A DNA stretch of 64,000 nt, taken from positions 124,001 to 188,000 of IMG/VR virus record IMGVR_UViG_3300035703_000009, one strand, 5' to 3'. The position numbers and the translations under genes are program-made. Shown piece by piece: positions 32,409-42,076 of the stretch (within the stretch, counting starts at the first letter, position 1; each line of letters starts with the position of its first letter). The notes under the pieces were generated by a model, which was not told the DNA's origin, did not search any database, and saw nothing but the letters and a program-made list of their open reading frames with translations.

Positions 32409-32863
32409 TGAAAAAAGTCAACGAAAATTCTGGATATGCTACTCGTGGTGATTTTACCAGAGGACTTCCTTTTTATGGAACCCAGGGAGACTTCAACTTC
32501 ACGGTAGGTCGTAGCAAGTTTACTCCTGGTATATCAGTCAAACAGGTACCGCTATCTGACCTATCAGTTAAAGGCGATCCTGGCTTCTCTGACTTCGATA
32601 TGAGTGTTAATAAGCTTAAGACGTATTTTAGGCCTGGACATAGGGTGAGAGGCATCCTAGTTAACTCTCAACTAGAAAGTGAGAATGGCAAAATGGTGGT
32701 GGGTCGACTACATAAGATCCAACCCGACTACTCTAATCAAAACATTCGAGTCTGGATCACAGACCCAAAGACTCTTGAGGTAAAGGAAATCTATCCTGAG
32801 ACCGTCGAGAGAATCTACGAATCTCACCGAGCGCTAAGCTTTGACCAGTTCATCAATTCTTAA
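32408..32863 (+). CDS. Hypothetical protein with SH3-like C-terminal part
   Basis: TAATG-coupled start; FRPGHRVRG...; ends ALSFDQFINS. Confidence 0.55.
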   Translation: MKKVNENSGYATRGDFTRGLPFYGTQGDFNFTVGRSKFTPGISVKQVPLSDLSVKGDPGFSDFDMSVNKLKTYFRPGHRVRGILVNSQLESENGKMVVGRLHKIQPDYSNQNIRVWITDPKTLEVKEIYPETVERIYESHRALSFDQFINS

Positions 32864-32928
32864 TTATGCAGGCCCTTTAAAACCTGCGCATACTTGACTC
32901 ATATAAGATAAAAAATAGGGTTAATACT

Positions 32929-33915
32929 ATGCCAATAGATCCAGAAGAAGCAAAAAGGTTTCTCGATGAAGAAGATCGAAAGCATGGAGTCAATAATCTC
33001 GAAGTAGAAAAGAAAGAGCCAGAGAAGGTGACGAGCTTGGGTAAAGCCCAAAGCCACATGGATCTAGCATTATCTGCTGCCGAAGAGTCTCCATGGAAGC
33101 TACTAAGCTTCGAAGCTCTCCCATCCCAAGGGTTATTCTATCCTGAAGGAGCAGAGCTTCTCATTAGATCTGCGAAAGCCAAAGAAATACGTCACTGGTC
33201 GACAATCGATGAGACCGATCCAATTGACGTTCGTGAAAAAATAAACTTTGTGCTCAATGCATGCACCAAGTTCAAGATCAAGGGCGTTCCCATGCCACTA
33301 AACCTCAATGACTTTCTTGAGATCGACCGTTATCATCTCCTTTTTAGGATTTACGAGCTCACCTTTCCACACCAGGAAAACAAGTTATGGGCCTACATCA
33401 AGTGCGAGAATACAAAGTGTGGTCACGTAACCAAGACCCAAGTCACCAGCCAAAACCTAATCGGTTTTAGGTACCCAGAAGAGGTGATGAAATGGTACTC
33501 GCCAGAAGAAAAGTGTTTTGTTATCAGTTCAGAAAAGCTAAATGAGACATTTAAGCTGTATTTACCGACGATCGGAATAAACAGCAAGTTCAAGAGTCGC
33601 AGGACGGCAGACGAGCAAGCCAACATCGAGATCGACGAAGCCTTCTATAAATTCGGTCCATATCTAACCAACGAGTGGAGAAAGATCGATAACCAGAAAC
33701 TAGCTGAACTCAGATTTAACTCTACCCTTTGGCAAGATAACAAATTCGTGTTCATACACAAGTTCACAAAGATGCTAGAGGAAGCAAGCCTAAATAAGGC
33801 AGCCAGCGTTTGTGAAAAGTGTAAGACACAGACTGAGAGTCACATTTTTTTGGGAGACAGCTTCACTGTCAAAGATATTTTCATTATTTCAGCTGGACTT
33901 GATGAACTTATTTGA
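32929..33915 (+). CDS. Baseplate hub assembly protein (T4 gp26-like)
   Basis: LPSQGLFYP...IRSA..KE motif, CxxxxC and CxxC pairs. Confidence 0.6.
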   Translation: MPIDPEEAKRFLDEEDRKHGVNNLEVEKKEPEKVTSLGKAQSHMDLALSAAEESPWKLLSFEALPSQGLFYPEGAELLIRSAKAKEIRHWSTIDETDPIDVREKINFVLNACTKFKIKGVPMPLNLNDFLEIDRYHLLFRIYELTFPHQENKLWAYIKCENTKCGHVTKTQVTSQNLIGFRYPEEVMKWYSPEEKCFVISSEKLNETFKLYLPTIGINSKFKSRRTADEQANIEIDEAFYKFGPYLTNEWRKIDNQKLAELRFNSTLWQDNKFVFIHKFTKMLEEASLNKAASVCEKCKTQTESHIFLGDSFTVKDIFIISAGLDELI

Positions 33916-34117
33916 GCTTAATGCTCGATTGGCGGTGAAGCTTGGTCAATCCATCGAAACCCTTTATAACCTAGAATACTTAGAGTATTCATATCTTCTC
34001 AACATCGTTAAAAAGGACATTGAGGACAAGAACGAAACTATTGTTAAGGAAGCAGACCAAGCTACGTCATCTGGACCGATTGAAGTTAATCTCCCGTCTC
34101 ACCTGAGATTAAAATAA
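33902..34117 (+). CDS. Baseplate hub assembly chaperone (gp51-like)
   Basis: MNLFELNARL...SIETLYNLEYLEY pattern after the gp26-like gene; likely start ATG 33902. Confidence 0.5.
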   Translation: MNLFELNARLAVKLGQSIETLYNLEYLEYSYLLNIVKKDIEDKNETIVKEADQATSSGPIEVNLPSHLRLK

Positions 34118-34138
34118 ATAAACAAAAGAATCATCGCA

Positions 34139-35821
34139 GTGGGAGAAAAACTCAGTAAATTCATTGAGCTATTTAATACAAATGCAGCAGCTTCTGTAGA
34201 AAGATCTAAGGTCACGCTCGATAAATTCACAGCAGTTAGAGAAATTGCACTAAAGCTTACTGCTCCAGTAAACGAAGAGTATAAAACGCTAGGCTCTCTT
34301 ATTGAAAAAATGATACCTGAGTCTGGTATACTAGACGACTCTCTTTTTCGCGAAGTCTACGCGAAAACTGAGCTTGAAAAGGAAGACAAAGCTGTCGTCT
34401 CTGACTTATTTAAGTTAAAATCTGCTCCTAATTCATATAATAAAGCAGTAAATATCAAGGAAAAAGGAGGCGAGTCATATTTTAACAGCCTCATGCAAGA
34501 AATAGGAAATGCCATGTCTTCCTCAAGCCTCTCATTTGATGATGTAGTAGGCAAAGACATAAAGGGGTTCGTCGATTTTTTATATGAAGGAATTAACAGC
34601 TTACCTGAAGGGCCAGTCGATCTAAGTAGTCCTGAACTCTATGCCGCAGTGGTGGAAAACGGCACACCGATCGGTAAAAAAGAAGAGGCAAAGTCTTCTC
34701 CAGGAGCAATAAATGAGGCCTTACCGAAAAAGGGAGAGGAAGTAGCTCCCAAGTTACCTTCAACATCTGCAGTCAATCCTGAAAAAGCTGCAGAGACTTT
34801 AAAGACCGAAGTCGAATCGACTAGCAGTCAAGTCACATCGGTCTCACCTGAAGTTCCAGCTGAACTTGAGAAAAAGGAAAAGCAGGCAATCAATATTAAC
34901 ATCGAGAAGCCTGAAGTTCCAAGCGAAATTACGACTACTCCAACCCAAGTCGTAAACCAAGGAAATCAATCTACGACAAGTGTCCAAAACACTACAGTAA
35001 ATAGCGAAGTAACCACTCAGAATCAGACTAACTTAACGAGTGCACCAGCGTCTACTCAAATCAATGACATGTCTTCTAAAAAGACAGAGAACTCTAATCA
35101 AACGACTCTTGGCGGCTCAAAGAGCATTACACAACAGGCTCTTGAATTAGGCAAACAATATGGTTTCTCTGAAAAAGAATTAAAGGAACTTGCGTTAGGC
35201 TCAACCATAAACTCGTCGACCTTAACTAATAAGATTGAAAGTTTAACCAAGAACCAGAGCAAGACTGCAACCTCTTCGACCGCTAACCAATTAAGTAGTT
35301 CGACTTCATCAATAAATGAGGGAGAAGAAGAGTCTGAAACTGCGACTAGTACCGACCAATCTATCATAAATGATGCTAAACCCAGCACAATGGCTAGTGG
35401 TGAAAAATTTGATGCTTTAGTCGCGACTGCAAAGAAGTATGGCATAAACACCGAGTCCTTTGAAAAATCCAAAGCCTCTTCGCAAGTAGAAGAACCAGAG
35501 GGCAATGAGGAAGTCAGTGCACAAAAGTCTGCTTTACCGCAGACTATGGAAGTAAGCAAGACTCAACAGACTCTACCGAGAGAGACTACCGTTGAACCAG
35601 TAGCACAAAAGCAGGCGACTGCTCTCGAGTCTCAAGCACAAGCACCAATCGAAGCTGTAGAAAAACCAGCCGATAGAATGAACGCTGCTCAGGCTAGCGA
35701 ATCTAAACCTGCAGAGCAGGCAAAGCCTGCTCAAATGATAGACCTTTCTGGCTTAGAAAACAGAATGATGAGAATTGAGCACCTCTTGGCAAACACGCTA
35801 GAAGTTAAAATAGTTGAATAA
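34139..35821 (+). CDS. Low-complexity S/T/E/Q-rich protein (hub/tape-measure-like)
   Basis: Position after the hub genes; disordered composition. Confidence 0.4.
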   Translation: MGEKLSKFIELFNTNAAASVERSKVTLDKFTAVREIALKLTAPVNEEYKTLGSLIEKMIPESGILDDSLFREVYAKTELEKEDKAVVSDLFKLKSAPNSYNKAVNIKEKGGESYFNSLMQEIGNAMSSSSLSFDDVVGKDIKGFVDFLYEGINSLPEGPVDLSSPELYAAVVENGTPIGKKEEAKSSPGAINEALPKKGEEVAPKLPSTSAVNPEKAAETLKTEVESTSSQVTSVSPEVPAELEKKEKQAININIEKPEVPSEITTTPTQVVNQGNQSTTSVQNTTVNSEVTTQNQTNLTSAPASTQINDMSSKKTENSNQTTLGGSKSITQQALELGKQYGFSEKELKELALGSTINSSTLTNKIESLTKNQSKTATSSTANQLSSSTSSINEGEEESETATSTDQSIINDAKPSTMASGEKFDALVATAKKYGINTESFEKSKASSQVEEPEGNEEVSAQKSALPQTMEVSKTQQTLPRETTVEPVAQKQATALESQAQAPIEAVEKPADRMNAAQASESKPAEQAKPAQMIDLSGLENRMMRIEHLLANTLEVKIVE

Positions 35822-36066
35822 TGATTACTAAAGAACAAAAAGAACAGATCTTAGCGATACACCAAAAATATTCGAGCCTGCATGACCAACTAACTAACTT
35901 GACACAAGAAGCAGCTCTGCTAGAGCTGCGTAGGTCACAGCTTAGCCAGGAACTCGATGATACTCGTAAACTGGAAAAGGAGTTAATAAATAACATAGAA
36001 CAACACACTGGTCAAAAGGTCGATCAGACGACCATCTTGAAAATAATTAACGAAGATGTTCAATAA
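35821..36066 (+). CDS. Small coiled-coil protein
   Basis: 81 aa with heptad pattern. Confidence 0.55.
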   Translation: MITKEQKEQILAIHQKYSSLHDQLTNLTQEAALLELRRSQLSQELDDTRKLEKELINNIEQHTGQKVDQTTILKIINEDVQ

Positions 36067-36853
36067 AGATAAATTTTTCACAGCTCTAATCATCATCTTG
36101 ATTCTGCTGTTAATCTTTTTTGCCTGGAGAATGGAAGGCATGCGTAATGACGCACAGCGTCAAACCGATGAGCTTAAGAAGTCGATAATCGCTTCAGACA
36201 AGCTAGTCCAAGAATCGAATGGCAGCTATGCAAAGCTCGTTGACTATTACAAGACTGAGCGTGACCTAGTGAAAGAGCTAAAAGGCCAGAACTCAGACTT
36301 GGCCAAGGACATCAAAAAACAAGACGAGCGCATACTTAGTTTGACCTCTGCTGTAGTCACCTTTAAAGGAATACTTGAGGAGGGTATGGGCAAGTTCAAT
36401 CCAAACGACTCTAATCAAATCGACATGGCCTTACGCTACCCGGACGCAACTAAACCGTTTGCAAAATGGGACGGTTATGTTAACACTAAGACTGCTAAAT
36501 ACAATGGTAACTGGAGCTTTGATAAGCTACCAATTCAGATCGTTCTGACTGAGGAAAAAAGAGGTCTATGGAAGAACCGAATCGTTGGACCTGACTGGTT
36601 TATCGTCGATTCTCTACAAGTCAATAGCTTGCCTCCAGACAAATATGCTTCAAACACTGAAAAGAAATTACAAATGATTGTAGGAGTAGATTATCTAAAA
36701 CCTCTATCTAATAAAAACGCTTGGGGATCAATAGGTGTCGGAGTGGGTCTTAATATATTACGTCAACATAACGTGATAGTAAGAGCAACCACCAACCAAG
36801 AGGTAGGAGTAGGTTACTACTACACAGTTAAGTCCTTTAAAAAGAACAAATAA
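36056..36853 (+). CDS. Membrane-anchored protein (TM, coiled coil, C-terminal beta strands); possible spanin
   Basis: N-terminal TM helix; C-terminal amphipathic GVGVGLN/VGVGYYY strands. Confidence 0.45.
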   Translation: MFNKDKFFTALIIILILLLIFFAWRMEGMRNDAQRQTDELKKSIIASDKLVQESNGSYAKLVDYYKTERDLVKELKGQNSDLAKDIKKQDERILSLTSAVVTFKGILEEGMGKFNPNDSNQIDMALRYPDATKPFAKWDGYVNTKTAKYNGNWSFDKLPIQIVLTEEKRGLWKNRIVGPDWFIVDSLQVNSLPPDKYASNTEKKLQMIVGVDYLKPLSNKNAWGSIGVGVGLNILRQHNVIVRATTNQEVGVGYYYTVKSFKKNK

Positions 36854-38853
36854 TGATGAGAACTAGTCGTTTTGTAAACTTAAGTTCATATTGTGTTGTC
36901 GAATACATGTTCGATCAGTTAGGATCGTTAAATTTTTACACAGATGACTTTATCCTTATTGAAAATGCAAATGCAGATACTCATCAGATATTTAATGATG
37001 ACTCTTCATATCACATCACGAAGAACATCAAGGACCTAACTGCTGTGCCTATTGGCAAGAACACGTACGCATATCTTGATAGCGAAAAGGTTCCAAACTA
37101 TCTAAATTACGATACTAACATCACCCAGACTCTGCTGAGCGGATATAACGTGGTAATGGATCAAGTGCGTTTTCACTTCGTTGCGGGTTTTGACTTCGAT
37201 AACTTTGAGGCCTTAATGCTTAGCGTAAAACACCTTGAGAACGACGGCAAGTCCCACCTGTTTGCAAACATTCTATTGGCGCCTGAGACTTCAGCTGAAA
37301 TGATTAGCTTTAATCCTAAGCCTCTGTTCTTAGGCAATGCGCTCTATGATCGTTACATCGACATCCTGGTGCCGTCCATTAAAAACATCAATGACGAGTA
37401 TAAGACTGCTCCTGTGCAGGCAAACACTTTTGCAGCAAAGATAACTCCAACTAACACGGGGTACAAAGGGTTTATCTATAACAATCCGCTCTATATCGGG
37501 TTGGCAGAGTGTGGTACTCGTAAGTCAATATTCACTAACGTCGGTGTCACATACGATGCGTTTGAAGTAACTGAATACTTTGAGGCTTCTCTTTCTCAAA
37601 CCAATGAGTTTGATAACGTTGGTGCCTATATCAACGAGGCAGTTAACGGCGATTATCTTGAATTCTACATGACCTACTATTCTGGCTTCCCAGAGGAAAT
37701 AATCTCGACTCTAAATGCTCGTAACCCAGCAGATGATTGGATCATCATCCACCAATTGAGCGTGTTTGAGCAGATCGGTAGCTCCTTCAATAATACTGCA
37801 AGGTTCGTCTTCTTCCAAGAGGACAGATATGATGAGCCTAATGTCTTTAGACCTGTACTGAGAAACGCTAACGAGGCGGTCAGCATGTCAATCGACTACT
37901 TGGGCAGGTTAGTGAATCGTCGAAACGGCGAGCAGATCATTCGGGAGGCTTCTTTCTCCTTGATTTCTCCCAAGAAATACGGTAGAAAGCTAATCACCAT
38001 TCCTCTATTAGATAAACCACAGTCACAAAGGATCTATAATAAGATCATCAAGAAAGACTTTGAAGCGACTAAGCTATTCATTGAACCGCCTTTAGCAAAT
38101 GCTTTTGCCAACTTGACTGGAAGTTCAACGACTAGCTCGACCAACACTACGACTACTGTCACCCAATACGTGCCAATATTCTTTAACAATAACAACATCT
38201 CAATAGCTAACGTAAGTTCACTAATAAAGGTTTCAGACTCAAATGAGGAACCTGTGTTTGGACCTGGAAAGTTAAGATTTGTGTTGTCTCCATTTGACAA
38301 TGTCATTAAATTAAAAGTATTCACCTCAAACTCTAGTTCAAGTTCAACTAAGCTCGTGCAACTAGACCTAAACATCAATTCGTCTACGTATCAACTGGTG
38401 TTTGAGACTAACTCTGGACAGGTTACAGTGAATAATAGCGGAGACGCAAAGCTAGAAAACCTATCCACTGGTACACTAGTCTTTAACTTGGCTAAAAAAG
38501 ATGCCAAGGCCGTGCTTTCATCAACTATCCGAACAGTTAGCTTAGTCTCAGTCTCACAGGACCGTAAACAGACGCTAATCTATTCTGGTGAATGGAGAAA
38601 GTCTAGCGAGCAAGCAGATGTCGATGCAGCAATCGCTGAGGCAGTCGAAAACAGTAAAACTAATCAACTCGTCCAAGACACGCTCAACGAGATCTTAAAA
38701 AAGAACACAGATAATCTGGATGCGACAAGCATCTCGACTGCGATCAAAGAAGTAGCGACTAGGACGAAAGCTGAGGCAATCGTGCCGACTGTTAACAAGT
38801 TTGGAGTAGTTTACTCTAAAGGAATTCAAGTAACTTCGTCAAACCTTAAATAA
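36853..38853 (+). CDS. Virion structural protein
   Basis: 666-aa beta-rich ORF in the late block. Confidence 0.5.
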   Translation: MMRTSRFVNLSSYCVVEYMFDQLGSLNFYTDDFILIENANADTHQIFNDDSSYHITKNIKDLTAVPIGKNTYAYLDSEKVPNYLNYDTNITQTLLSGYNVVMDQVRFHFVAGFDFDNFEALMLSVKHLENDGKSHLFANILLAPETSAEMISFNPKPLFLGNALYDRYIDILVPSIKNINDEYKTAPVQANTFAAKITPTNTGYKGFIYNNPLYIGLAECGTRKSIFTNVGVTYDAFEVTEYFEASLSQTNEFDNVGAYINEAVNGDYLEFYMTYYSGFPEEIISTLNARNPADDWIIIHQLSVFEQIGSSFNNTARFVFFQEDRYDEPNVFRPVLRNANEAVSMSIDYLGRLVNRRNGEQIIREASFSLISPKKYGRKLITIPLLDKPQSQRIYNKIIKKDFEATKLFIEPPLANAFANLTGSSTTSSTNTTTTVTQYVPIFFNNNNISIANVSSLIKVSDSNEEPVFGPGKLRFVLSPFDNVIKLKVFTSNSSSSSTKLVQLDLNINSSTYQLVFETNSGQVTVNNSGDAKLENLSTGTLVFNLAKKDAKAVLSSTIRTVSLVSVSQDRKQTLIYSGEWRKSSEQADVDAAIAEAVENSKTNQLVQDTLNEILKKNTDNLDATSISTAIKEVATRTKAEAIVPTVNKFGVVYSKGIQVTSSNLK

Positions 38854-38908
38854 TCTCGTCACTATTTAACCAGAAATAGAGATAAATAAAAAAAATAAGC
38901 TCTACGAA

Positions 38909-40507
38909 ATGACTAACTTCGTAAAAAACGTTCTAACTGAACTAAAAACTAACGAAACACTTAAAACGCAACCATTGGTTAAGATTCTCACACAATCGAT
39001 AGAAAAGTCGATCGTGCTGGGAGAAAGCGAAGCCAGCGTTTATCATAACCTAAAGACCGGGCTTGCTGCTGTTAACGAGCAAGTAAAGGATGCAAGCTTA
39101 TCTGCGATCCTAGAACAATTTAGCAAAAACGAGGTCACCACTGATTCTAAGTATGCTGCTCTTGCAAAAGAGGTAAACTTGGCTGCCCGAATAGGTGCAG
39201 TAAAAGCAACTAAAGCATACTCTGATCCGACTGTAAAGTCCATCGTTGAATCTTTTGAAAAGGCTATCGCGAGCGGAGCTCCAGATTTCTTAGGCTGCTC
39301 TGATTTTATTAGAGTATTTGAAAAGTACTCATACAATCCAGAAGTAAAGGCCGAAATCACAAAAGTTAACGATTACCTGGTAGAAAACGAAGCTAAGATT
39401 CACATGCTACACGCGATCAATTACTTTGAGTCACTAAGAACTCCTCTTTACACAGGATTGATCTCTGACTTAAAGGAAATGTTGGTCAATGAGAATTATA
39501 CAGCAGACATCCTCAAGCTAAAGTATGGCACCATGGTTCCAGCATTAACTCCTTTGATCCAGTCTCTACGTGTGGTTGAATCTAAGTCAACTGGAGCTTT
39601 TACCCTAGGTGAAGGAACAGTTGAGACTAAGATTAGCAACCTAATTGCTCCAGCAGTTAAGACTGAAGACGGAGTGATTGTCTATGCAGATAATCGATTT
39701 CTTTCGATCAGAGAAGCCAAAGGCTTAACTGGAAACGAGATCAAAGTTCACCTGGACGAGAACTACAAGATCGCTGACTTTAACCCAGAATACGTAAAGT
39801 CAACTCACCCTGATTTTTATGCTCTATGCGAAGCATTTGCAACTCTCGGTTTCAGCAAGACATCTGATCAATTAGGAGTTGAGAGCACTGCTATTCGTAG
39901 CTTTAAGCTCGCATTCAAGATGAACGAAAGCCATGAACTGGACGTTTATATCAATGACAATAAAGTTGAGTCTCTCGACAAGGTAAACGTTTCTGAGTCC
40001 CTAGTTTTTGAAAACACCGGAATAAAAGAAAGAGTTTCACGCCTCATCGAAAAGTCTAGCGAGATCTGTAACTTTGAGTTCATTAAAGAAGCGACCAACG
40101 ATCGCTTGCTTAAGGACGCAATTGTCTTAAACCTAAACGACACATATTTCGTTTGTGAAAAATTAAACACAGCAGATCGCAAGTGGTTTGGAGTAGACGA
40201 ATACCAATTATATGAATTTTTTGCACGTAACTTTGGCTACGACATTAGCTCAGTATTCAAAACCAAGATCGAAGAAACAGTCGCTGAGATCCAAAAGATC
40301 GAGGAGACAAAGAAGAACATACTAGCGAACATCGAAAAACTTGAGACATCTGTTGCTAAGTTAAACGAAACCTGCACATCAAAGGGATTGGACCCATCTG
40401 AAGTAAGCGAACTTGAAGCAATTAAAGAAGACATCGAAAGGAAGATTCACGAACTCAAACAAAGCTACATTGCAATCGATCTTTACAAAAAAAAAGAATT
40501 AGCCTAA
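38909..40507 (+). CDS. Probable prohead core/scaffold-type protein; may be extended to 40746 by a -1 frameshift
   Basis: Helical, many (L/V)xE sites, C-terminal coiled coil; A9 run at 40487-40495. Confidence 0.55.
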   Translation: MTNFVKNVLTELKTNETLKTQPLVKILTQSIEKSIVLGESEASVYHNLKTGLAAVNEQVKDASLSAILEQFSKNEVTTDSKYAALAKEVNLAARIGAVKATKAYSDPTVKSIVESFEKAIASGAPDFLGCSDFIRVFEKYSYNPEVKAEITKVNDYLVENEAKIHMLHAINYFESLRTPLYTGLISDLKEMLVNENYTADILKLKYGTMVPALTPLIQSLRVVESKSTGAFTLGEGTVETKISNLIAPAVKTEDGVIVYADNRFLSIREAKGLTGNEIKVHLDENYKIADFNPEYVKSTHPDFYALCEAFATLGFSKTSDQLGVESTAIRSFKLAFKMNESHELDVYINDNKVESLDKVNVSESLVFENTGIKERVSRLIEKSSEICNFEFIKEATNDRLLKDAIVLNLNDTYFVCEKLNTADRKWFGVDEYQLYEFFARNFGYDISSVFKTKIEETVAEIQKIEETKKNILANIEKLETSVAKLNETCTSKGLDPSEVSELEAIKEDIERKIHELKQSYIAIDLYKKKELA

Positions 40508-40746
40508 ACGAACAAGCAGACGGTTATCAAAGCAAGAACAAGTTCAAGATCGGCGAAACAGTAGAGGTAGGTGAAAGGTTAGGCAAAGTAACATCAATCA
40601 ATAACCTTAGCGGAGAATACTTGGTCATGATAGGTTCAAAGAACCACAGATTTAAGGAAGCCCAACTAGCTAAAGCGATTCAAAAGAAAGCCAAGAAAAA
40701 AGACCTTACTCGCAAGAAGAAACCAGCCGAAACGAAAAATATTTAA
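40495..40746 (+). CDS. Start-less -1-frame extension (SH3/KOW-like domain plus Lys-rich tail) of the 38909 ORF
   Basis: Open frame RISLNEQADGYQSKNKFKIGETVEVGERLGKVTSIN...KKKPAETKNI* with no upstream start codon; a terminator follows its stop. Confidence 0.6.
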   Translation, partial: RISLNEQADGYQSKNKFKIGETVEVGERLGKVTSINNLSGEYLVMIGSKNHRFKEAQLAKAIQKKAKKKDLTRKKKPAETKNI

Positions 40747-40769
40747 AGGGAGCACTAGCTCCCTTTTTT
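40745..40769 (+). terminator. Intrinsic terminator
   Basis: AAAGGGAGC-acta-GCTCCCTTT followed by a T-run. Confidence 0.8.
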
Positions 40770-40798
40770 ATTTTAGCCAGTTTTTAGTATTGTAATCA

Positions 40799-40826
40799 AA
40801 ACTGACCACCCAGAATACAGTATAAT
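40799..40826 (+). promoter_or_regulatory. Bipartite promoter motif AAACY-N15/16-GTAWAA (representative copy)
   Basis: Also at 47822, 51088, 60392 (+) and 11450, 24257, 60446 (-). Confidence 0.55.
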
Positions 40827-40842
40827 AACTAAACACCATTTG

Positions 40843-41661
40843 ATGGACACAAGAATAGACTTTGAAACCGCAAAAAAGTACGACCAGATCGACTTAATTG
40901 ACCGCCAGACAGATTACGGTACTGTAAAACTTTATGTACGCAAAGGACTTAACGAGGTAAAATACAACGTTGGTCAAAACTTCACTAAGAAAGCAAACGG
41001 TGGCGAATACATCGCGCCATTTGTGTCAAAAAAGATCGGAAGCCCACTAAACGTCAATGAAGCTCTCAATAAAGAGGACGTGTGGTTGGACATCGGTGGC
41101 CACCTGGGATTCTTTGCTATTCGCATGCTAAAACAGTTTCCAAAGATTCGTAAGGTCGTGTCATATGAAGCTCTGCCGCATAACGTTAGCTTTGAATTAG
41201 AGAACGTGAAGCTCAATGGAATGGAGGCTCAGTGTGAGGTCATCCAAAAGGCCATCGTTCCAAACGACTCACCGACAATCAGTTTCTTTATTTCCAGCGA
41301 TTCTGGCAAGCACTCAATCCTGCCGGTAAAGGGTCGTGAGAACATCACCGTGCCTGCTATCAACATCAATGATGCCATCAAGCAAAGTGGAGCGACCGCC
41401 ATCAAGATGGATGTAGAAGGTGCCGAATATCATCTTATTAAGGCGGTAACTGACTGGTCACAGATCAGAGTTGCCGTAGTCGAGTGGCACTTTAATGCAA
41501 TGCGAACCTTGACCAAGGACAAGAATTATCGAGTTACCTTGTTCCAAGAGATCATCGACATCTTCAAGCAGAACGGTTTCGATACTATTCGCACACTACC
41601 TAACGTTGAGTACGGTAAGAACTTCATCACTCACTTTGTAGCCATCAAGACCGGTGCATAA
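40843..41661 (+). CDS. FkbM-family SAM-dependent methyltransferase
   Basis: LDIGGHLG, SYEA and IKMDVEGAE motifs. Confidence 0.85.
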   Translation: MDTRIDFETAKKYDQIDLIDRQTDYGTVKLYVRKGLNEVKYNVGQNFTKKANGGEYIAPFVSKKIGSPLNVNEALNKEDVWLDIGGHLGFFAIRMLKQFPKIRKVVSYEALPHNVSFELENVKLNGMEAQCEVIQKAIVPNDSPTISFFISSDSGKHSILPVKGRENITVPAININDAIKQSGATAIKMDVEGAEYHLIKAVTDWSQIRVAVVEWHFNAMRTLTKDKNYRVTLFQEIIDIFKQNGFDTIRTLPNVEYGKNFITHFVAIKTGA

Positions 41662-42070
41662 CAGTCCATATGGCCTACTCCAAGAAATATACCACGAGCA
41701 TCCATGGCGGACGCTCGTGTGTTGTATTATGCTAAACTGCACTTCTCGTAAGCAAGTAGATCGGGTTCGCGATGAGTTTTTTCGTATGTACCCAGATCCA
41801 TTAGAAGCTGAACGCGCAGATCCTACCGAAATGGCCGAGTTAATCGCTCCGCTTGGTTTCAAGAACAGGCGAACTAAGACCATAATACGCTTCTCGAGTG
41901 ACTGGATGACCCTGGATTGGTCCGAACCCAGCGAATTATATGGAATAGGTAAGTACGGACAGGATTCATGGGAGATATTCCAAAAGGGAAACCTGGATGT
42001 GGAGCCAACTGACGGCGTCCTTAACAAATACTTGGCTTGGGCTAGAACTCAACCTCAAAACCAGATATAA
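41654..42070 (+). CDS. HhH-GPD DNA glycosylase, MBD4-like
   Basis: PWRTLVCCIMLNCT..KQ, PLGF..RR and ELYGIGKYGQDSWEIF. Confidence 0.8.
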   Translation: MHNSPYGLLQEIYHEHPWRTLVCCIMLNCTSRKQVDRVRDEFFRMYPDPLEAERADPTEMAELIAPLGFKNRRTKTIIRFSSDWMTLDWSEPSELYGIGKYGQDSWEIFQKGNLDVEPTDGVLNKYLAWARTQPQNQI

Positions 42071-42076
42071 GATAGC

